64,000 bases of DNA from NCBI RefSeq assembly GCF_009914755.1, contig NC_060946.1; one strand, 5' to 3'. The DNA is from the human T2T-CHM13v2.0 reference genome, Homo sapiens. Positions 59,070-64,000 of this stretch are shown in pieces. A program made the position numbers and the translations under genes. Within the stretch, counting starts at the first letter, position 1; the number at the start of each line of letters is the position of its first letter. The notes beneath the pieces were generated by a model, which was not told the origin of the DNA, did not search any database, and worked only from the letters and a program-made list of their open reading frames with translations.

Positions 59070-59975
59070 CAAATTAACAGGACTAAAAAGGAAATTTTCT
59101 AAAATTTATACACCAAGTACATTATATTTTTCTAATGATCACTTTGATAGAGCAAACTTAGAATCTATGGTTTCAACAAATGAAGAGGCTTATGCAAGAG
59201 AAAACCACCACCTAACACAAGATTTTCAATGTGATCATCATTGCTACTTTTCACTAGCAATTATCCAGTCAATATATTGTGAACTGCTTTGTGACTATGA
59301 TGATTTATTTAAACTTACTGATCCTTTGATTATCTCAAAAATATGAATAATACCAATTTTATAAACTTGTTCTAAAAATTAAATGAGATAAAAATAATCC
59401 TCCTTCTCTATATATTGAAAACCTACAAAATTAGTAATATTGTGTCCAGATTTTTACACACTTACCTTATTGAAGCCTCATCACAACCCCGTCTTTTAAA
59501 TTACAGGATTATTCCCAGATTTTTAAACACTTACCTTATGCAAGTCTCATAACAATCCCATCATTTATAGATGAGCAAACTGAGGCTCAGACGAGTTAAA
59601 AACACATTCACCATCAAATCATAATGAGTGATGGAACTGGGATTCAAATCCAGTTCTCTCTGACACCAAAGGTGCTGCAATGTAATGAAGACCAAGTTAT
59701 ATCCAGCACATGGAGGGATCAAAACATGTGGATTCCCTTTCTCTACCCTCTTACATGTGAATCTCCATGGCTTTCACTGCCTCAGAACAATCCTAAACTC
59801 CCTCCCAGGTTGCCTTGCAGAGGATCCCTTCTTTTTGGGGATGATTAGGAATCCACATTTTTGGACCACAGGCATCTTTAAAGAGTTGTGTTGATCAAGA
59901 AATAAAATTGTCTAGGCCATAAGTTACTGTGAATTGTCTAGCTTCTCTGCAAAAAAAATAAATGGGCTATTCTCT
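59070..59975 (+). repeat. Local duplication, copy B
   Basis: See copy A; ORFs at 57071 and 59624/59685 translate to visibly paralogous peptides. Confidence 0.92.
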
Positions 59976-60249
59976 TTATTTTTTGTTATTCCACTATTGA
60001 AAATAGCCTAGAATCAACCTAAGTGTCCAAGAAGACTTGGTTTAACCCTGAGGATTACTAATGTTTTCACTGTGGTTATTGTGGTAGATTATATTACCAT
60101 TCTCCCACTATCTGGTCTTCCTGCTGTAGTGGCCCTATATCCTAGAAGATTATATATTTCTGTCCTATTGAAGGAAGGGTCAGATTTAGACATTTGACCT
60201 GTTTAGCCAGTGAAATGCAGGTAGAAGTGGCATGTGTAACTTGTAAGCA

Positions 60250-60607
60250 GAAAGCTTCCTTTTTCAAGGATCTGGGAGCCATCCCTTTCAAATGTAATCC
60301 TCCAGAAAGATAATACCTTATTTCCCAGTCTCCATGAGAGAGTAAGAGCCTAATCTTGCTCCAAGTTGTAAAAATTACCTTATATCATGAAGATAAAAGA
60401 AAGTTTATTTTTCCTTTGAAAAAAGACAGTTAGTAAAGACAGGTGACCTATGATCGCCCCCTTACCCTCACTTTCAAAAACTCCACGGCCTTTTGTATCA
60501 GGGGAGCTGAGTTCAGACTAGGTCTGGACTCTCTCCAGTATTGCAATAGCTTGAATAATATCTTCCTTACTTATTTAACTTTTTCCAGTGCAATTTTTTC
60601 TTTGACT
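60250..60607 (+). mobile_element. ERV1-type LTR relic (MER34/39-like)
   Basis: GATCTGGGAGCCATCCCTTTCAAATGTAATC...TTGCAATAGCTTGAATAA...TTTTCTTTGAC. Confidence 0.5.
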
Positions 60608-61199
60608 CTTTCCTCCCTCTCTAAAACTTACACTGAAATTTTAGTAGGATTCAAGGCAGCCAATCTCGAAGCTTGAATATATAAAAGAACCCTTTAAGAT
60701 TAAAAAACCCATATTATCTTCCATAAGTAATTTCTTCGGACTATTGCCTTATTAAAATTTTCTAGTTCTTATTTTTGCATTGAAAAGGAGAATGATGATT
60801 TTTAAATAAGTTCCTACTCACTTTTAATTTCTACTATGACAGTTTTATTGATTTTCATGGCAATAGATTCCCCTGGTTCAACAAGAAGGCCAGAACAAGG
60901 AAGTACAGAAACATCTCAATATATCTCAAAAAGTTATTTAACATGGACAGTGTCATTTAGTATCTTTAGCATCCCTATCAAATGGATGCCATTATTATCC
61001 CCCTTTTACAGGATATTAAAACTTACATACTGTAAATAACCAGCTGAAAGTCATATAGCATTGAAAATACAATAAGCATACAAAGAAGCAATGGCATTTG
61101 AAGTGGAGGAGGGTGAAGGATTAAAAGGCTAAACTTAGTTTGGTTAAGAAAAAAGAAAACTAGAAGGTGGCAAACTCTTGTTGGGAAGGGGAAGGATTT

Positions 61200-64000
61200 G
61201 GGCAGAGCAAGGTAGTGGAGTAGATCTCTCCAGTAATCATACCCCTACGGACACACCTATATGAACAACTATCCACATATGAAATTACCTTTACAAGAGC
61301 TAATGAACCCTGAATACATGAGTGAGTCAATGAAGCCCCTTTGGACTGCAAAGAGGAGTAAAACCATGCTTGGACAGTAAGGGAAACAGTACTCTGTGAC
61401 TGTGATACTCCTCCCCCAGGCCATAATGGTATTATATGCAGAAAGTCCTCCTGAACTCACAGTTCTTACACTGAATAACGTGAGCAGAAGTTGAATATTT
61501 TTTCCACCATACGGAGTGCCTTCACAGTAGACTCACTCCTGCATCAGCCCACAAGAAGCACCATGAGTGTCAACAGAGCTGAACCACCAGAGGCATGCTA
61601 GGGACATAGAGAAGGGATTGGGTTAGCAATACTTACTATATGAAACTTAGCAGTGGCTAGCCATTCCTACCAGAGGAAATATTATACCAGACAGGTTGTT
61701 TATGGGCATCATGCTGTGGGAAACATGATACACAGACTGTCCAGATTTGATGGCCTGACTTGTTCTCCCCCTACAGACAGCAGCCTCTCTGTGGATCACC
61801 CATGGGCCCATCCAGTTACATTGCATCAGTGGTGAAGCCCCATTGCAAGACTTATGTCTAACCTTTGCTTTGGGCACCTCCTAATGCTAAAATGGAATAT
61901 AATGGAAATCCACACAGAATTTCTAAACAAGCCCACTGAGAAACAGTCAAAAACAAACCCAGACTGAGAAGACTGAAATAAATATTTAATTCATCAATGT
62001 GTAGACAGAGATGTACATCTACAAAAAATAAGAATAGCCTAGGAAAAACTGCCTCACCAAATGGAGAAAACAAGGTGTGAGCAACTGAACCTAAAGACAT
62101 GGAAATGAATGATGTGGCAGACAAAAAAATTCAAATAGCTGTTTTTTTTAAAAAAAAAATCTGTGCACTTCAACAAAGTACAGAGAAACAATATGGAAAT
62201 TTATGAGAAATTCAACAAAGAATTTAAAATAATGGGAAAAAATCAAATGGAAATCCTGGAGGTGGAAAGTTCAGTAAACAAACTGAAAAATGCACTACAG
62301 GGCATCAAGAGCAGAACTGATCAAGCAGAAGAAAAAAAGCAGTGAGCTCAAAGACAGGCTCTTTGAAAATACACTGTCAGAGTAGAAAAGAGAAAAAAAA
62401 TGAGAACAAAGAAAACTTATGAGATCCATGGGACACCATCAAAAAAACAAATCTACAGTGTTAAAGTGGAACTAAGAATGAAAAAGAGTTAGAAGCTTAT
62501 TCAGAGAAATAACAGACAACTTTTTAAACTTGGAGAAGGATAAAGATGTTTAGGATGGCCAAAGCTCACTAATCTGATTTAATCTGAATAAGACAACCAC
62601 AAGACACATTATAATTAAATTTTCAAACATCAAAAACAAAGAGTAGGTCCTGAAAGCATTAAGAAAAAGGAAGCATATAACACATAAGAGAATTCCAATG
62701 TGCCTGACAGCAGACTTCTCAGCAGAAACAATATGGGCCAGGAGAGAGTAGGATAATAGAATCAAGTGCTGAAGAAAAAACTGTCAACCATGAATACAGT
62801 ATCCAGCACAGATCTCATTTAGAAATGAAGGAGAGGTTAAAACATTCTAAGACAAACAGAAGATGAAGGAATTCATTGTAACCATACCTGCCTTAAAAGA
62901 AATGTTAAAGAACAGTCTTCAAACTGAAAGAAAAGGTCACTAATATGTAATACCAAAAATTGGAAGGTATAAATCTGCAGTAAAAATAAATATTCAGACA
63001 AATTCAGGATGCTCTAATATAGTAAGAATTGAATGTAAACCACTTACTTTTTTTAGTAAGAAGGTTAAAATACAAAACAAAAACAATAACAACTAAAATA
63101 ATTTGTTAAGGGATAAGTGATATAAAAGATGTAAATTAAGACATCAAAAATGCAAAATGTGGGGGAGTGATTGAGTTAAAGAGCAGAGTGTTTGCTTTTC
63201 CCCATTTCTTATTATCAAAATTAAGTTGTTATCCATTCAAAATTACCTATTGAAACTATAAAATATTCTTCACATGCCTCATAGTAACCAAAAGGCAAAC
63301 ATTTTTATTAGATACACTAAAAATAAAATAACAAGAAACAAAAACACACAGAGAAAATCACTTAACTACAAAGGAAAACAACAAAGGGACAAAAAGGTGC
63401 AAAAATTCTAAAAGACAACAAGAAAACAGTATATGGCAGTACAAGTCCTTATCTATCAATAATTACCTTGAATGGAAATAGATTAAACTATCCAGTAAGA
63501 AGACAGAGAATGGGTAAATAGATTAAAAACAAGACCTAACTATATTCTTTCTACAAGAGACTCCAATCTCCTGTAAATACACACATAAATTGAAACTGAT
63601 CAGATGAAAAAATATATTTTATGATAATGGAAACCAAAGAATGCAGAAGTAGTTATATTTATATCAAATAAAATAGATTTCAAGTAAAACAACTGTAAAC
63701 ACAGACAAACAAGGCCATTATGTAATAATAAAAGGGTCAGTACAACAAGAGAATACAATAATTGTAAATATATAATGCACTCAACATTGGAGAACCTAAA
63801 TTTATAAAGCAAACATTAATAGATCTAAAAGGAGAGACAAAAAACTGAACAATAATAGTAAGAAACCTCGACATCCGGTTTTCCACAATGAACAGATCAT
63901 TGAGAGAGAATCTCAACAAAGAAACATTTAAACTGCACTCTAGATCAAAAGAATTTAACAGTTATTTACATAACATTTCATCCAACAATTGCATAATTTA
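61200..64000 (+). mobile_element. Old L1M 5' portion (5'UTR, ORF1 remnant, start of ORF2); continues beyond the window
   Basis: ORF1-like KNQMEILEVESSVNKLKNALQGIKSRTDQAEE (62163); ACAGCAGACTTCTCAGCAGAAAC; EN-like ATAATTACCTTGAATG...CTACAAGAGACTC (~63430 onward). Confidence 0.85.

Overview
Primate (human-like) pericentromeric transition zone with no intact protein-coding gene. 1-9.9 kb: divergent, monomeric, A-type alpha satellite (pJalpha-box monomers, no CENP-B box seen), interrupted by a short L1PA insertion. 9.9-14.8 kb: patchwork of truncated old L1, Alu and LTR pieces. 14.9-24.2 kb: a full-length older L1PA (PA4/5-like). A younger 5'-truncated L1 carrying a ~260-bp 3' transduction inserted into it (15-bp TSD), and the two ORF2 copies share non-consensus mutations, including a stop codon. 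24-64 kb: euchromatin-type sequence rich in L2, MIR and MaLR elements. It holds a 43-bp VNTR, a Ricksha/Mutator-like DNA transposon (decayed transposase, captured ERVL fragment, nested FLAM>THE1), a 7SL pseudogene with an internally born minisatellite, a long purine tract, an old local duplication around a GC-rich block, and the 5' part of an old L1M. Repeat subfamily names come from recalled consensus motifs, not from a search. I found no new gene system; the notable signals are retrotransposon and satellite evolutionary events.
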